Part shown: in pieces, positions 9,219 through 19,407 of the stretch
Position numbering within the stretch: position 1 is the stretch's first letter
Layout: each line of letters starts with the position of its first letter
Origin: an uncultured Acidobacteriota bacterium
Lineage (GTDB): Bacteria; Acidobacteriota; Terriglobia; UBA7540
Assembly (NCBI GenBank): GCA_964438685.1
Contig: CAYTMD010000001.1
Coordinates: 1-51,152, forward strand
Length of the DNA: 51,152 bases
Reading direction: 5' to 3'
Notes under the pieces: model-generated
Databases searched by the model: none
What the model was told of the DNA's origin: nothing
Seen by the model: the letters and a program-made list of their open reading frames with translations, nothing else
Program-made: the position numbers and the translations under genes

Positions 9219-10391
9219 ATGCCAACGGACCAGGAACTGACCCGCGCCGCCGAGCGCCTTCATGCGCACCTGCTGAAACGCCATTGCTCTCAGGGATTGG
9301 TTCATGGCCCTGACGCCGGGGTTCGCTTCCAACTGCGGCTCTGGAGGTTTTTCAAGGCAGCCTTGGATTTTGTGCCGTGGAATGACGATTACGTCTTCAT
9401 GCAGTCGCACGGCTATTGGATCCTGTCCAACTGGATGCTTCACGAAGCGACGGGAGACCCGAAGTATCGCGCGCTTGCCCTGGAGAGTACGGAGGCCACG
9501 CTGCGGCTGCAGCAACCCGGCGGTTATTGGCTTTACCCGTTGCCTGAGCGCAAGCATCTTGTGGCCACCGTGGAGGGAAATTGGGGAGCCATCGGACTTC
9601 TGGCCACTTACGCCCGCGAACCCAGAAAAGAATTCATCGAGGCCGCGGTTCGTTGGTACGATTATCTGGTGGGAAGGATCGGCTTTCAAGCCCACACGTC
9701 CGGTAAGGCCATTAACTACTTTGATAAACCCCGCGGAAAGATTCCCAACAATTCCGTGGAGGCTGCATGGCTTTTTTTGCGCCTTTGGAAGGCGACCGGT
9801 GATGCGCGCTTTGTTGAGCACGTGGATGGGATGCTGGAATTCCTGGTGAATACACAGCTTCCCTCGGGGGAGTTACCTTACATCGTGGATGGCCCGTATG
9901 AAAAGGGGCGAACTCATTACCTCTGTTACCAGTACAATGCCTTTCAGTTTCTCAAGCTGGCCTGGGCGGCCTCGCTGCGACCTGATCCCCGGACACAACG
10001 CATCCTCCCGGCGCTTGCAGGCTTCCTTGCCAGGGGCATTACTCCCTCCGGCGCCAGCGCGGCTGATTGCTTTCACAGCAAACCGGAGACGGATTATTAC
10101 ACCGCCGTCCTGGCTGCGGCGCTCTACGAGGCACAGAAATTGCCGATTTTGGCCAAGGGTCAATCCTCATTCGTCAATCTTCTATCGGAAGCGCGGGAGG
10201 GAAGTGAGCGGTGTTATGCCCGCCTGCTCCAAAGGCAACGGCCCGACGGGAGCTTCGCCTATACCACTGGTGATTACGGCTTCCTGCGCGACGGCCGATC
10301 GTACCCCCGGCCGCAGGTCATGACGCTTTTCCACCTGCTCTGTCCAGAATGTGGAAACGGATTTGAAAGGATCGTGACGAATGACATGTGA
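9219..10391 (+). CDS. hypothetical protein, possibly an alpha/alpha-toroid polysaccharide-modifying enzyme
   Basis: The track ORF starts at TTG 9204; the first ATG is 9219. Repeated QPGGYW / QLPSGELPY / QRPDGSFAY segments suggest toroid-type repeats. The function call is a guess. Confidence 0.5.
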   Translation: MPTDQELTRAAERLHAHLLKRHCSQGLVHGPDAGVRFQLRLWRFFKAALDFVPWNDDYVFMQSHGYWILSNWMLHEATGDPKYRALALESTEATLRLQQPGGYWLYPLPERKHLVATVEGNWGAIGLLATYAREPRKEFIEAAVRWYDYLVGRIGFQAHTSGKAINYFDKPRGKIPNNSVEAAWLFLRLWKATGDARFVEHVDGMLEFLVNTQLPSGELPYIVDGPYEKGRTHYLCYQYNAFQFLKLAWAASLRPDPRTQRILPALAGFLARGITPSGASAADCFHSKPETDYYTAVLAAALYEAQKLPILAKGQSSFVNLLSEAREGSERCYARLLQRQRPDGSFAYTTGDYGFLRDGRSYPRPQVMTLFHLLCPECGNGFERIVTNDM

Positions 10392-10514
10392 CGAGTGACA
10401 AGCAAGCAAAACAAGGAGGCGAGTGTGCTCGACATAGGTAACTCGCCGCTTGGTACTTGCCACGCCTGTTGGATGCGAAACCCGTAATCTTGCTTGTCAC
10501 TTGTCACATGTCAC
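10374..10514. repeat. GTGACNA heptamer inverted-repeat pair
   Basis: Left arm GTGACGA ATGACAT GTGACGA GTGACAA GCAAG (10374-10405) overlaps the upstream stop (VTNDM*). Right arm CTTGCTTGTCACTTGTCACATGTCAC (10489-10514) ends 7 nt before the asnB ATG. About 24 of 26 positions are complementary. Confidence 0.85.
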
Positions 10515-10521
10515 TGCTCTT

Positions 10522-12378
10522 ATGTGCGGAATCTGTGGAGTTTTCAATTTCGGTACGGGCGAACCTGCTGATCCGGTGGCGCTGAAGCGTGCTACGGATG
10601 CCATGGCGCATCGTGGACCTGACGATGGGGGCTTCCACCTTGACGGCGCGGTGGGTCTCGGAAACCGGCGCCTGAGCATCATTGATTTGCCGGGCGGTCA
10701 TCAGCCCATCGCCAATGAGGATGAGTCCATCTGGATTACCTTCAACGGCGAAATTTATAACTATCAGGATCTGCGCCCGGACCTCATCAAACGCGGCCAC
10801 AAGTTCCGGACAAACAGTGACACGGAAACCATCCTGCACCTTTACGAAGAGTACGACTTCAGCTTCCTTGACCATTTGCGCGGCATGTTCGCATTTGCGA
10901 TTTGGGATAGCCGCAAGCGGCGGCTGTTGCTGGCGCGTGATCGACTGGGAGTCAAACCCCTCTTTTTCTGTGCAGACGGCGGCCGACTGGCGTTTGCTTC
11001 GGAATTACGCACGTTGCGCGAACTGCTGCCGCGGCCGCCGGAGATCGACCCGCAATCGATTTACGACTTTTTTGGATTTCGCTACGTCCCCGCCCCAAGA
11101 ACCTTCTACCGTGGCGTGGAAAAACTCCTGCCCGGCCATTTCCTGGTGGCTGACTCGACGGGCGTGCACAGCCACGCTTATTGGGACATTCCACCGGAGG
11201 AAGAGACCACGAAGTCACCCAACGAAATTGGGGCCGAAATTGTTGAGCAACTTCGCGAAGCCGTGCGGTTGCGGCTGATTGCCGACGTGCCGCTGGGAGT
11301 TTTTCTCAGTGGAGGGACGGATTCCAGCGCGGTCGTGGCGCTTATGGCTGAGCTCGGCGCGCGTCCGCTGCGCACCTTTTCCGTGGGATTTAACGAACCC
11401 GAATATAGTGAGTTGCCGTTCGCGCGCTCCGTGGCCACCCGGTATGCCACGGAGCATCAGGAACTTGTCGTTACGCCGGAGGACCTGAGCAGCGAACTGC
11501 CGCGACTGGTGGCGTTCCGCGATGAGCCTATCGCCGAACCCACCGACGTGGCGCTTTACCTGATGTCGCGATTGGCGGCGAAAAGCGTGAAGGTTGTCTT
11601 GGCAGGTGAAGGCAGCGACGAGTTGTTCGCCGGTTACCCCAAGTATTCCGCTGACCGGCTGGCAGGCTTGGTTTCGGCGTTGCCGCATGTCGTCACGCGC
11701 GCCCTCATCCGCCTGCTGCCTTATCGCCAGCACCGGGTGAAAACCGCGCTCGAGGCGCTTTCCATTCGCGATGAAGCGGAGCGGTCGGTGACGTGGTTTG
11801 CCTCCTTTTCGCGCCAGGAGCGGGAAAGCCTTTTTGCACCCGAATTTCTGGCGCAAGTTGACCCCGCGCATCCCGCCCGCGTCATTGAAGGCTATCTCGA
11901 AAAGGTGCGTGACCGCTCGCCGCTTAAACGGATGCTTTACGCCGACTTGAAGGTGTGGTTGCCGGATAACCTGCTCTTGCGCGGCGACCAGATGACCATG
12001 GCCGCGTCCATTGAAGAACGCGGACCGTTCCTCGATCACCGATTGGTGGAGATGGCGGCGCGACTTCCCACACGTCTGCTTACGCGCGGCTTCCAGACCA
12101 AAGCGTTGCTGAAAGACGCGCTGCGCCCCTTCGTGCCAGAGGAAGCGCTGTTCCGGCGCAAAGTCGGGTTCCGCGTGCCGGTAGGTGAATGGTTCCGGAA
12201 GCCCCTGCGTTCTTTGGTTGGAGACCTGCTCCTCTCTCCCGAAGCGAAGACGCGTGGGTATTTCAACGCTCACAGCATAGATAGCTTTGTTCGCGAGCAT
12301 TTTGATGGCGTTCGCGATCGCCAAAAACAACTGTGGGCTTTAATCAATTTTGAATTGTGGTGCCGACATGCCAAATGA
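10522..12378 (+). CDS. asnB: asparagine synthase (glutamine-hydrolysing) family amidotransferase
   Basis: Start reset to ATG 10522, giving MCGICGVFNF (Cys2 nucleophile). SGGTDSS PP-loop. Confidence 0.9.
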   Translation: MCGICGVFNFGTGEPADPVALKRATDAMAHRGPDDGGFHLDGAVGLGNRRLSIIDLPGGHQPIANEDESIWITFNGEIYNYQDLRPDLIKRGHKFRTNSDTETILHLYEEYDFSFLDHLRGMFAFAIWDSRKRRLLLARDRLGVKPLFFCADGGRLAFASELRTLRELLPRPPEIDPQSIYDFFGFRYVPAPRTFYRGVEKLLPGHFLVADSTGVHSHAYWDIPPEEETTKSPNEIGAEIVEQLREAVRLRLIADVPLGVFLSGGTDSSAVVALMAELGARPLRTFSVGFNEPEYSELPFARSVATRYATEHQELVVTPEDLSSELPRLVAFRDEPIAEPTDVALYLMSRLAAKSVKVVLAGEGSDELFAGYPKYSADRLAGLVSALPHVVTRALIRLLPYRQHRVKTALEALSIRDEAERSVTWFASFSRQERESLFAPEFLAQVDPAHPARVIEGYLEKVRDRSPLKRMLYADLKVWLPDNLLLRGDQMTMAASIEERGPFLDHRLVEMAARLPTRLLTRGFQTKALLKDALRPFVPEEALFRRKVGFRVPVGEWFRKPLRSLVGDLLLSPEAKTRGYFNAHSIDSFVREHFDGVRDRQKQLWALINFELWCRHAK

Positions 12379-13558
12379 ACGGCCCGGTGTGTGCATTGTT
12401 GTCGAGAACCTCCCTGTCCCGCTCGACCGGCGAGTGTGGCAGGAAGGACTCGCGCTGCGCGACGCCGGATATCGTGTTTCCATCATCTGCCCGAAGGGCT
12501 CCGGATTCCATAAGAGTCGCGAAACCCTGGAAGGCATAGAAATTTACCGGCACTGGCTCTGGGAGGCCTCCGGGCCGCTGGGTTATCTCCTCGAGTATTC
12601 CTGGGCGCTGACGGCCCAATTCTTCCTTGCCCTGCGGATATACGCGCGAACCCGGTTCCGTGTGCTCCAGGCGTGCAATCCGCCCGACACGATTTTCCTC
12701 ATCGCGCTCTTCTTCAAGCTTTTCGGCGTCCGATTCATATTCGATCACCATGATCTGAACCCCGAGCTTTACGAGACGAAATTCCAGCGACATGATTTGG
12801 GGTACAAGCTGGTTTGCTGGGCGGAGCGGCTCACGTTTCTCACCGCGAAGGTTTCAATTGCCACCAATGAATCTTACCGGGAAGTTGCCATGAATCGCGG
12901 CGGCATGTCCCGCGACCGGACTTTCGTGGTCCGGAGTTGCCCGGACATGGCCAGAATCCGAATACGCCCCCCGCAACCCGAGCTTAAGGAAGGCCGGAGC
13001 CATCTGGTGGTGTATCTCGGCGTCATGGCTCATCAGGATGGATTGGATCTACTCCTCGAGTCGATTGCCTTCCTCGCAAAATTGCGGAACTGCGATGACA
13101 CGCTGTTTGTCCTGATCGGCTCAGGTCCTGAACTTCCTCAGCTTAAAGTATTGGCGAGCCAGAAGGGGCTCGATAACCTGGTGAAATTCACCGGGAGACT
13201 GCCTGACGAGGATGTTGCGGCCTATTTTTCCACTGCACAGTTCGGCGTCGCCCCCGACCGGGCTACTCCCATGAACGATAAGTCAACCATGAACAAGATT
13301 TTGGAGTACATGGCGTTCGGACTTCCCGTGGTGCTTTACAACCTCACGGAAGGCCTTCGTTCAGCGGGTGACGCCGCCCTCTACGCGCGCAATGATGACC
13401 CGGAAGACTTCGCCCGAAAAATCCAGACCATGCTGGATTCCGAGAGCTTGCGTAAGGAAATGGGGGCGCGCGGACGTAAACGCATTGAAGAAGAATTGAA
13501 TTGGGAAAACGAGAAGCGAGCCTTGCTTGCGGCCTACGCGACGGCACTGGGAAGCTAA
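12368..13558 (+). CDS. glycosyltransferase family 4
   Basis: ATG at 12368 overlaps the asnB stop by 11 nt. VCIVVENLPVPLDRRVWQE at the N-terminus. NKILEYMAFGLPVV (EX7E-type) motif. Confidence 0.85.
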   Translation: MPNERPGVCIVVENLPVPLDRRVWQEGLALRDAGYRVSIICPKGSGFHKSRETLEGIEIYRHWLWEASGPLGYLLEYSWALTAQFFLALRIYARTRFRVLQACNPPDTIFLIALFFKLFGVRFIFDHHDLNPELYETKFQRHDLGYKLVCWAERLTFLTAKVSIATNESYREVAMNRGGMSRDRTFVVRSCPDMARIRIRPPQPELKEGRSHLVVYLGVMAHQDGLDLLLESIAFLAKLRNCDDTLFVLIGSGPELPQLKVLASQKGLDNLVKFTGRLPDEDVAAYFSTAQFGVAPDRATPMNDKSTMNKILEYMAFGLPVVLYNLTEGLRSAGDAALYARNDDPEDFARKIQTMLDSESLRKEMGARGRKRIEEELNWENEKRALLAAYATALGS

Positions 13559-13608
13559 GAGGCCGGTGCTATTACAGGAAGACTCGTAAGTGCTGTCATG
13601 AGGTACTG

Positions 13609-13663
13609 GGGAAAAATCGAAACTCGAAACCCGTGAACCAGACGCCGAATTTCCAGTTGCGAG
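13609..13663. repeat. copy of the dispersed palindromic element
   Basis: GGAAAAATCGAAACTCGAAACCCGTGAACCAGACGCCGAATTTCCAGTTGCGAG aligns along its length with 5713-5765. Confidence 0.7.
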
Positions 13664-13730
13664 CCCTTTTTAGCATTTCCCTGCTGTCACTCTTGCTCCG
13701 CGTCTCAGCGCCTCCGCGGTGAGATGAGCC

Positions 13731-15149
13731 TCAGCTCGCGCCGCGGCCCACCAGAACGATGGGAATCGTTCTAAGGATGATCTTCCAGTCGAGCATCATC
13801 GACCAGTGATCAATATATTCCAGGTCTAACTCCATCCAGCGCCGGAAGCTAAGTTTGCTACGCCCTTCCAGTGCCCACAGGCATGTTAGTCCGGGGTGCA
13901 TGCGTAACCGGCGGCGCTGCCAGCGCTCGTACTTTTCCACTTCCTCGGGAAGGGGCGGACGCGGACCCACAAAAGACATGTCTCCCTTGATGATGTTGAC
14001 CAACTGCGGGAGTTCGTCCAGGCTGAATTTGCGCATGAAGCGTCCAATGGGTGTACAGCGCGGATCATTCGTGATCTTAAACACCGGCCCATCCACTTCG
14101 TTCAGCGCTTCCAACTCCTCGCGAAGCAGGTCGGCGTCCGCGCGCATCGACCGGAACTTGTGCAGAGTAAACCTCCGACCACCGAGCCCGCAGCGCGTTT
14201 GGGAGAAAAAAACAGGCCCGGGTGAGGTGAGTTTGACCAGCGCCGCTAATATGAGGAGGAGCGGGGAAAGAGCCACCAGAGCCGTGAGCGCCATGATGAA
14301 ATCAAGGCCCCGCTTGATGAGCAGGGAATCGTCTTCGGGCGTGGCGGAGAAGGTCAGCAGGGGCGTTGTGCCCAGGCGCTCGAGATAAACTTTGGAGATG
14401 ATTTGCGGGAAGAAACTGAGGAGTACGCGCGTCTTCACTCCCTCTTCTTCGCAAATCAGAAACGCGTCGCGGAGCTTTTCCAGTTCATCCTTGGCGACGG
14501 CAAAGATCACCTCGTCGATCACCTGGCGGCGCAGCAGTTCCGGCAACTCGGGAAGTGTGACCGTGGGATATGACTTGTGGAGGCCGGTTGGCAGCGCCTC
14601 GGCAGGTCCATTTTGGATGCGAACAAAACCATATAAGCGCATGCCGTGATCTTCATTCGCTTCGAGCGTCCGCGCGATTTCCGCCAACTCCGGACCATCA
14701 CCCACCAGCAGGAAGTTGCGGAATCCCGCCACTCTTCTTCGCAAGGGTGCGGCAAATCGCCACGCCGCCAGGCGGAAGCCGATCATCAACAGCAAATCGA
14801 TTAGCGCATAGATCCCCAGCAGGAGACGGCTGGTGAATTCCAGCTTCAACGCGAAAGTTGCGGCGAAAAGGACGACGGTGGAGACGAGACCGACCTTAAT
14901 TGGGTCAGCGAAGACCCGGCGTAAATCCTCCTCACGGACCTCACGGTAGATTCCTGCGGCCACCCCAACGGCCACCCATAAGACGAGGGTCAGGGAAATG
15001 AACAAGGGGTAATTCGAAAGCGGGTAAAAAGGCCGTGCACCCGGCAGGTGAGAGCGGATTTCCAGCGCCAACCCAAAACTCGCCAGCACCAGAAGGACAT
15101 CTGCAATAAGGAAGATGATGCCAATTAACCGATTGTGGCGCGCAAACAT
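13731..15149 (-). CDS. polyprenyl-phosphate sugar phosphotransferase (Bac_transf, WbaP/EpsB-type priming enzyme)
   Basis: Start reset to ATG 15149 (GAGGGGG upstream). PGPVFFSQTRCGLGGRRFTLHKFRSM and DELPQLVNIIKGDMSFVGPRP motifs. Confidence 0.85.
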   Translation of the reverse strand: MFARHNRLIGIIFLIADVLLVLASFGLALEIRSHLPGARPFYPLSNYPLFISLTLVLWVAVGVAAGIYREVREEDLRRVFADPIKVGLVSTVVLFAATFALKLEFTSRLLLGIYALIDLLLMIGFRLAAWRFAAPLRRRVAGFRNFLLVGDGPELAEIARTLEANEDHGMRLYGFVRIQNGPAEALPTGLHKSYPTVTLPELPELLRRQVIDEVIFAVAKDELEKLRDAFLICEEEGVKTRVLLSFFPQIISKVYLERLGTTPLLTFSATPEDDSLLIKRGLDFIMALTALVALSPLLLILAALVKLTSPGPVFFSQTRCGLGGRRFTLHKFRSMRADADLLREELEALNEVDGPVFKITNDPRCTPIGRFMRKFSLDELPQLVNIIKGDMSFVGPRPPLPEEVEKYERWQRRRLRMHPGLTCLWALEGRSKLSFRRWMELDLEYIDHWSMMLDWKIILRTIPIVLVGRGAS

Positions 15150-15324
15150 AGAACTGCCCCCTCGGGGCACGTAGACCGCAACTATCTTAGCAGAATCTGG
15201 CGCCGCTACCGCATCGGAGCGCCGTGACCGGTCCGCATCAGGCGATTGCGGCTGTATCGTTATGTTAAACTCGCCATCGGTTGGGCTTTTCACCATAACT
15301 TCATCCTGCGGCAGGAATTTGCTG

Positions 15325-16536
15325 ATGCTTTGGGCCGTGAAAACCTTCTATGTGGCGGGCGCGTTATTATTGCTGCAAAGCGCCTGGGCGTTCGTCGATG
15401 GGCTCCGCTTCTTAAGTTTAGTCCGAAAGAGGCGAAGTGGTCCGCAAGGAAACTACACGCCATTCGCCGCCGTGGTGATTCCTTGCAAGGGCATGGATGC
15501 GGAGTTTGACGCGAACGTCGAGGGCTTCCTCAATCAGGATTACCCGGACCACCAAGTGGTCTTCGTCGTCGCCACCCTGGAGGATTTGGCTTATCAAAAA
15601 CTGCATGAACGCCTGGAGGCGCGGAACGCGTCCGGTGCAAACCACAATCCCCAAGTATTATTGGTAGCGGCGGGCATCTCGGATGTTCGCGGAGAAAAGG
15701 TCAACAACCTGTTGCACGGAACCGCGGCTGCAAACGCGGCCGTGCAGGTGCTGGCCTTTGCCGATATCGATGCGTCTCCCCGCCGCGATTGGCTGCGGTC
15801 ATTGGTGGCGCCGCTCGCCGATCCCCAAAATACTGTCAGTACCGGTTTCCGATGGTATCTGCCGGGGCAGGGCTTTGTCTCGCGACTGCGTGCCGCATGG
15901 GACACCTCAATCGCCACCATGATGGGCGACCACAATCACAACTTCGCGTGGGGCGGGTCGATGGCCATCCGCGCCGACGATTTCCGGAGGCTCAAAATTG
16001 CGGAACGATACTGGGCCAGCACGGTAAGTGACGACTATGCGGTGACGCACGCAGTTCGCGAAGCCGGGGGAAAGATTGCCTTCGAGCCCCACTGCCTGGT
16101 GGCATCAGGGGAAGAATTGAGCCTGCGGGATTTTCTGCACTGGTCGACTCGCCAAATCATTATTACGCGGGTTTATGCGGCACATTTGTGGACGTTGGGA
16201 ATTGCCGCATACTTCTTCTATTGTGGCACTGTCGCGTTGGGACTGGCCGCGTTGGTGCTGCCTGCGGATACGGCCTACCAGCGCCTCGCCGTAGCGTTCA
16301 CTTTGCTGGTTATACTGTTTCTCGGGGCGGCCAAAGGCTATATACGCTCCGTTGTCACAAGAGAGGTTTTTGCCTCGGAAACTGGCCGTCGCACCTCCTG
16401 CTATTGGCAATTATCGCCGCTGGTTCCATGGATCATGCTGGGGAATTTTGTTGTGGCGGGGTTCACCCGGCGAATCAAATGGCGAGGGACCGAGTACGAG
16501 TTGGTCTCCCCAGACAAAGTCCGCGTCACGGGCTGA
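15325..16536 (+). CDS. glycosyltransferase family 2 (GT21 ceramide-glucosyltransferase-like)
   Basis: ATG at 15325 with AGGA upstream. VVIPCKGMD and FADIDASP (DxD) motifs. C-terminal TM helices. Confidence 0.7.
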   Translation: MLWAVKTFYVAGALLLLQSAWAFVDGLRFLSLVRKRRSGPQGNYTPFAAVVIPCKGMDAEFDANVEGFLNQDYPDHQVVFVVATLEDLAYQKLHERLEARNASGANHNPQVLLVAAGISDVRGEKVNNLLHGTAAANAAVQVLAFADIDASPRRDWLRSLVAPLADPQNTVSTGFRWYLPGQGFVSRLRAAWDTSIATMMGDHNHNFAWGGSMAIRADDFRRLKIAERYWASTVSDDYAVTHAVREAGGKIAFEPHCLVASGEELSLRDFLHWSTRQIIITRVYAAHLWTLGIAAYFFYCGTVALGLAALVLPADTAYQRLAVAFTLLVILFLGAAKGYIRSVVTREVFASETGRRTSCYWQLSPLVPWIMLGNFVVAGFTRRIKWRGTEYELVSPDKVRVTG

Positions 16537-16559
16537 TCGGCGTTCTGAGAGTGGGGCTT

Positions 16560-16925
16560 TTAGCGCTTGCCGCGCGGAGGCCGGATGGCATGCCGGGTGA
16601 TATAGCGGGCGGGAGTTGCCACACTCTTTTTCCTTACGGGCTCGGGGGCTTCTTCCGGCTCCGCAGGGGATTCCTCTGGAGCGGGCTCCGGTTCGGAGGG
16701 CGCCACCTTGGCAAGTACCTGATCCATTAATGTGGCGCGAGGTCCGGATTTCTTTTTGGGTGGGACCTCGGCGTTCTTGTATGGATGCTCGGTATGGCAG
16801 GTCTGGCAAACCACTTTCACCACGGTGCTCCCCACCATGCTCGCCACCGCATGGTTGAGCAGCAATTTACATCGCGGACAATAATCGTCGATTTCATCAC
16901 CCAGTCGTAACAACGAAGCGGTCAT
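16560..16925 (-). CDS. hypothetical zinc-ribbon protein with Pro/Glu-rich tail
   Basis: ATG at 16925 with GAGGA upstream. CPRC...CQTC pair, then the low-complexity stretch PSEPEPAPEESPAEPEEAPEP. Confidence 0.5.
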   Translation of the reverse strand: MTASLLRLGDEIDDYCPRCKLLLNHAVASMVGSTVVKVVCQTCHTEHPYKNAEVPPKKKSGPRATLMDQVLAKVAPSEPEPAPEESPAEPEEAPEPVRKKSVATPARYITRHAIRPPRGKR

Positions 16926-17028
16926 TGGGCGGATCCTCTGCAACGCGTATCTCTTCTACGGAAACGAAAGCGCCGCCATTATAGCGCGAGCGCCGCAAAA
17001 ACAAAACCATTTGGCTGATGTGCGTGAT

Positions 17029-17057
17029 TTGACACCCCCTGCAATTGCAGCTATTCT
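17029..17057 (+). promoter_or_regulatory. sigma70-like promoter candidate for the DUF1385-prfA-prmC genes
   Basis: TTGACA (17029-17034), 17-nt spacer, TATTCT (17052-17057). Confidence 0.4.
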
Positions 17058-17174
17058 GAGCAATAGGCTTGGGGTGCGGGAGCGTCTCTGTGTCGCCACC
17101 AGGACGCTGAGTTAAAACCTCGAAAACACTGCGGTGTGATGCTCCCCCTCGCGGGCAGACGGAACTCTTTCGCC

Positions 17175-18188
17175 ATGATTTCCATATTAACTGCTTTGGA
17201 AAGGACGGCACGCCAGGCACTTCGCATTATTGCCTTGCCCATTCTTCAAGCCCCGGAAGAGGCTCTGATGGGCGGCCAGGCGGTCATCGAAGGCGTCATG
17301 ATGCGTTCGCCGCACTCCTATGCCGTGGCGGTGCGGCAGCTCAGTGGTTCACTGGCGGTGAAGCAGGCGTACCTTGACCAGCCTGCGGAGAAGCACCCCT
17401 GGCTGAAGTATCCTGTTTTACGTGGGCTGGGCGTGCTTGGGCAGGCGCTGGTGTTGGGAATGCGTGCCCTGCGCTACTCCGCCGAGCAGGCGCTTGAGGA
17501 ACCCGCGGCGGAGGGGGCAGACCCCGCAGAATCAAAGAAGCCAACGGAGCTGAGCGGCTGGATGCTGGCGGCCAACATTGCTTTCTCCCTGGTTTTTTTC
17601 ATTGTTCTCTACAAGCTTGTTCCGCTTTATCTGGCCACGGTTATAACCCATCGGTATCCGCATACCGACAATAACCTGACATTCAATTTGATGGATGGGA
17701 CAATTCGGATCGCCTTGTTCCTCGGGTTCCTGCTCCTGATTTCGCAGTGGAAGGAAATCCAACGAGTGTTTGAGTATCATGGGGCCGAACACAAGGTGGT
17801 GTGGGCCTTTGAAAAACGAGGTCCCATTGACGTGGCCACGGCGCGCACTTGCACGCGATTCCATCCCCGTTGTGGTACAAGTTTTCTGCTGGTCGTGATG
17901 GGCATCGCCATGGTCCTCTACATGTTCTTGCCTTTTCATACTTTTTGGCTGCGATTTCTCGGGCGCATTGTTTTGCTGCCGGTAATCGCCGGGGTCTCCT
18001 ACGAGTTCATCCGCTTTGCCGCGAAATCGAAGGGAAGGTTGTGGCAATGGTCGTCGCAGCCCGGCCTCTGGCTGCAGCGCATCACCACTCGCGAGCCTGA
18101 CGACAGCCAACTGGAGACCGCAATCAAGGCCTTGGAAACGGCGATGGTGCTGGAGCAAAATCGCGGCGGCGAACTGATTGTGGCGTAA
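17175..18188 (+). CDS. DUF1385 membrane protein
   Basis: GGQAVIEGVMMRSP signature. Position upstream of prfA-prmC is typical for this family. ATG 17175 chosen; the start is uncertain. Confidence 0.8.
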   Translation: MISILTALERTARQALRIIALPILQAPEEALMGGQAVIEGVMMRSPHSYAVAVRQLSGSLAVKQAYLDQPAEKHPWLKYPVLRGLGVLGQALVLGMRALRYSAEQALEEPAAEGADPAESKKPTELSGWMLAANIAFSLVFFIVLYKLVPLYLATVITHRYPHTDNNLTFNLMDGTIRIALFLGFLLLISQWKEIQRVFEYHGAEHKVVWAFEKRGPIDVATARTCTRFHPRCGTSFLLVVMGIAMVLYMFLPFHTFWLRFLGRIVLLPVIAGVSYEFIRFAAKSKGRLWQWSSQPGLWLQRITTREPDDSQLETAIKALETAMVLEQNRGGELIVA

Positions 18189-18192
18189 GAAA

Positions 18193-18267
18193 GTAGACAG
18201 CATACGGTAGACGGTAGACACGAGGCGGAGTCTAACCTGTATACTGCACGCCGTATGCTGTATTCTG
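18193..18267. repeat. heptamer inverted repeat (GTAGACA GCATACG GTAGACG GTAGACA)
   Basis: CAGCATACGG (18199-18208) is perfectly complementary to CCGTATGCTG (18251-18260). It fills most of the DUF1385-prfA spacer. Confidence 0.7.
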
Positions 18268-18273
18268 GTTTCT

Positions 18274-19395
18274 ATGCATTATTTGAACAAACTTGCGGAA
18301 ATCGAATCGAAGTACGAAGGTCTGACCGAGCAACTCGGCAGGGCCGAAGTGTTGGCGGATCCCAACGTCTACCAGAAGACGGCCAAGGCGCGCGCGGACC
18401 TTACGGAAATTGTGGAGAAATATCAAGAGTGGAAAACCATCAGCAAATCGGTGAAGGACACCAAGGCGCTGGTGGACGAGTCCTCCTCCGATCCCGAAAT
18501 GAAAGCCATGGCGCATGAGGAACTTATGGCGCTGGAAAAGCGCCTGGAAAAGGTGGAGCAGGAATTGAACGTTCTGCTCCTGCCCCGGGATCCCAACGAC
18601 GAGAAGAACGTGGTGCTGGAAATCCGCGCCGGTACGGGGGGAGACGAAGCCTCCCTGTTTGCGCAGGATATCTTCCGCATGTATACACGCTTTGCGGAAT
18701 CGCAACACTGGCGCGTTGAAGTGCTTTCCAGCAGCATGTCGGGAGTGGGCGGGCTCAAGGAAGTCATTGCCTTGGTGGAAGGCAAGAAAGTTTACAGCAA
18801 GCTCAAATATGAGAGTGGCGTCCACCGCGTGCAGCGTGTTCCGGCCACCGAGCAGCAAGGGCGAATTCACACCTCGGCCATCACCGTGGCAGTGCTGCCG
18901 GAAGCGGACGAAGTGGAAATCCAAATCGATCCCAAGGACATTCGGATTGACACGTTCTGTTCCTCGGGGCCGGGCGGGCAGTCAGTGAATACAACCTATT
19001 CCGCTGTGCGCCTCACCCATATTCCGACGGGAACGATCGTCTCCTGCCAGGATGAGAAGTCGCAGATCAAGAATCGGGCCAAGGGAATGCGAGTCCTGCG
19101 CTCCCGGCTCTACGAACTTGAGTTGCAGAACCAGCAGAAGCAGATCATCGAGGAACGGCGCTCCATGATTGGCTCGGGCGACCGCAGCGAAAAGATAAGG
19201 ACTTACAACTACCCGCAGAATCGCGTCTCGGATCATCGCATCGGGCTCACGCTGCATCAACTGGATCGGATTATGGACGGGAAAATGGATGACATCATCG
19301 ACGCCCTTATTGCCCATTACCAGGCAGCGAAATTGATGCAACCGCCCAAGAGTGAGGGGGGCGTGGACGAAGCACCCTCAGCCCTCGCCGGGTAG
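18274..19395 (+). CDS. prfA: peptide chain release factor 1
   Basis: GGQSVN (GGQ) and [14 protein letters not shown] (PxT) motifs; 373 aa. Confidence 0.95.
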   Translation: MHYLNKLAEIESKYEGLTEQLGRAEVLADPNVYQKTAKARADLTEIVEKYQEWKTISKSVKDTKALVDESSSDPEMKAMAHEELMALEKRLEKVEQELNVLLLPRDPNDEKNVVLEIRAGTGGDEASLFAQDIFRMYTRFAESQHWRVEVLSSSMSGVGGLKEVIALVEGKKVYSKLKYESGVHRVQRVPATEQQGRIHTSAITVAVLPEADEVEIQIDPKDIRIDTFCSSGPGGQSVNTTYSAVRLTHIPTGTIVSCQDEKSQIKNRAKGMRVLRSRLYELELQNQQKQIIEERRSMIGSGDRSEKIRTYNYPQNRVSDHRIGLTLHQLDRIMDGKMDDIIDALIAHYQAAKLMQPPKSEGGVDEAPSALAG

Positions 19396-19407
19396 GCTTA
19401 TATTGAA

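Noticed and set aside
10425-12378. A mini-ORF plus an asparagine-synthetase homologue could be a lasso-peptide precursor and cyclase pair.
   Set aside because: The AsnB homologue keeps the N-terminal Cys2 glutaminase domain. There is no B-protein (protease or PqqD-like) gene, the peptide is only 20 aa, and the neighbours are glycosyltransferases.
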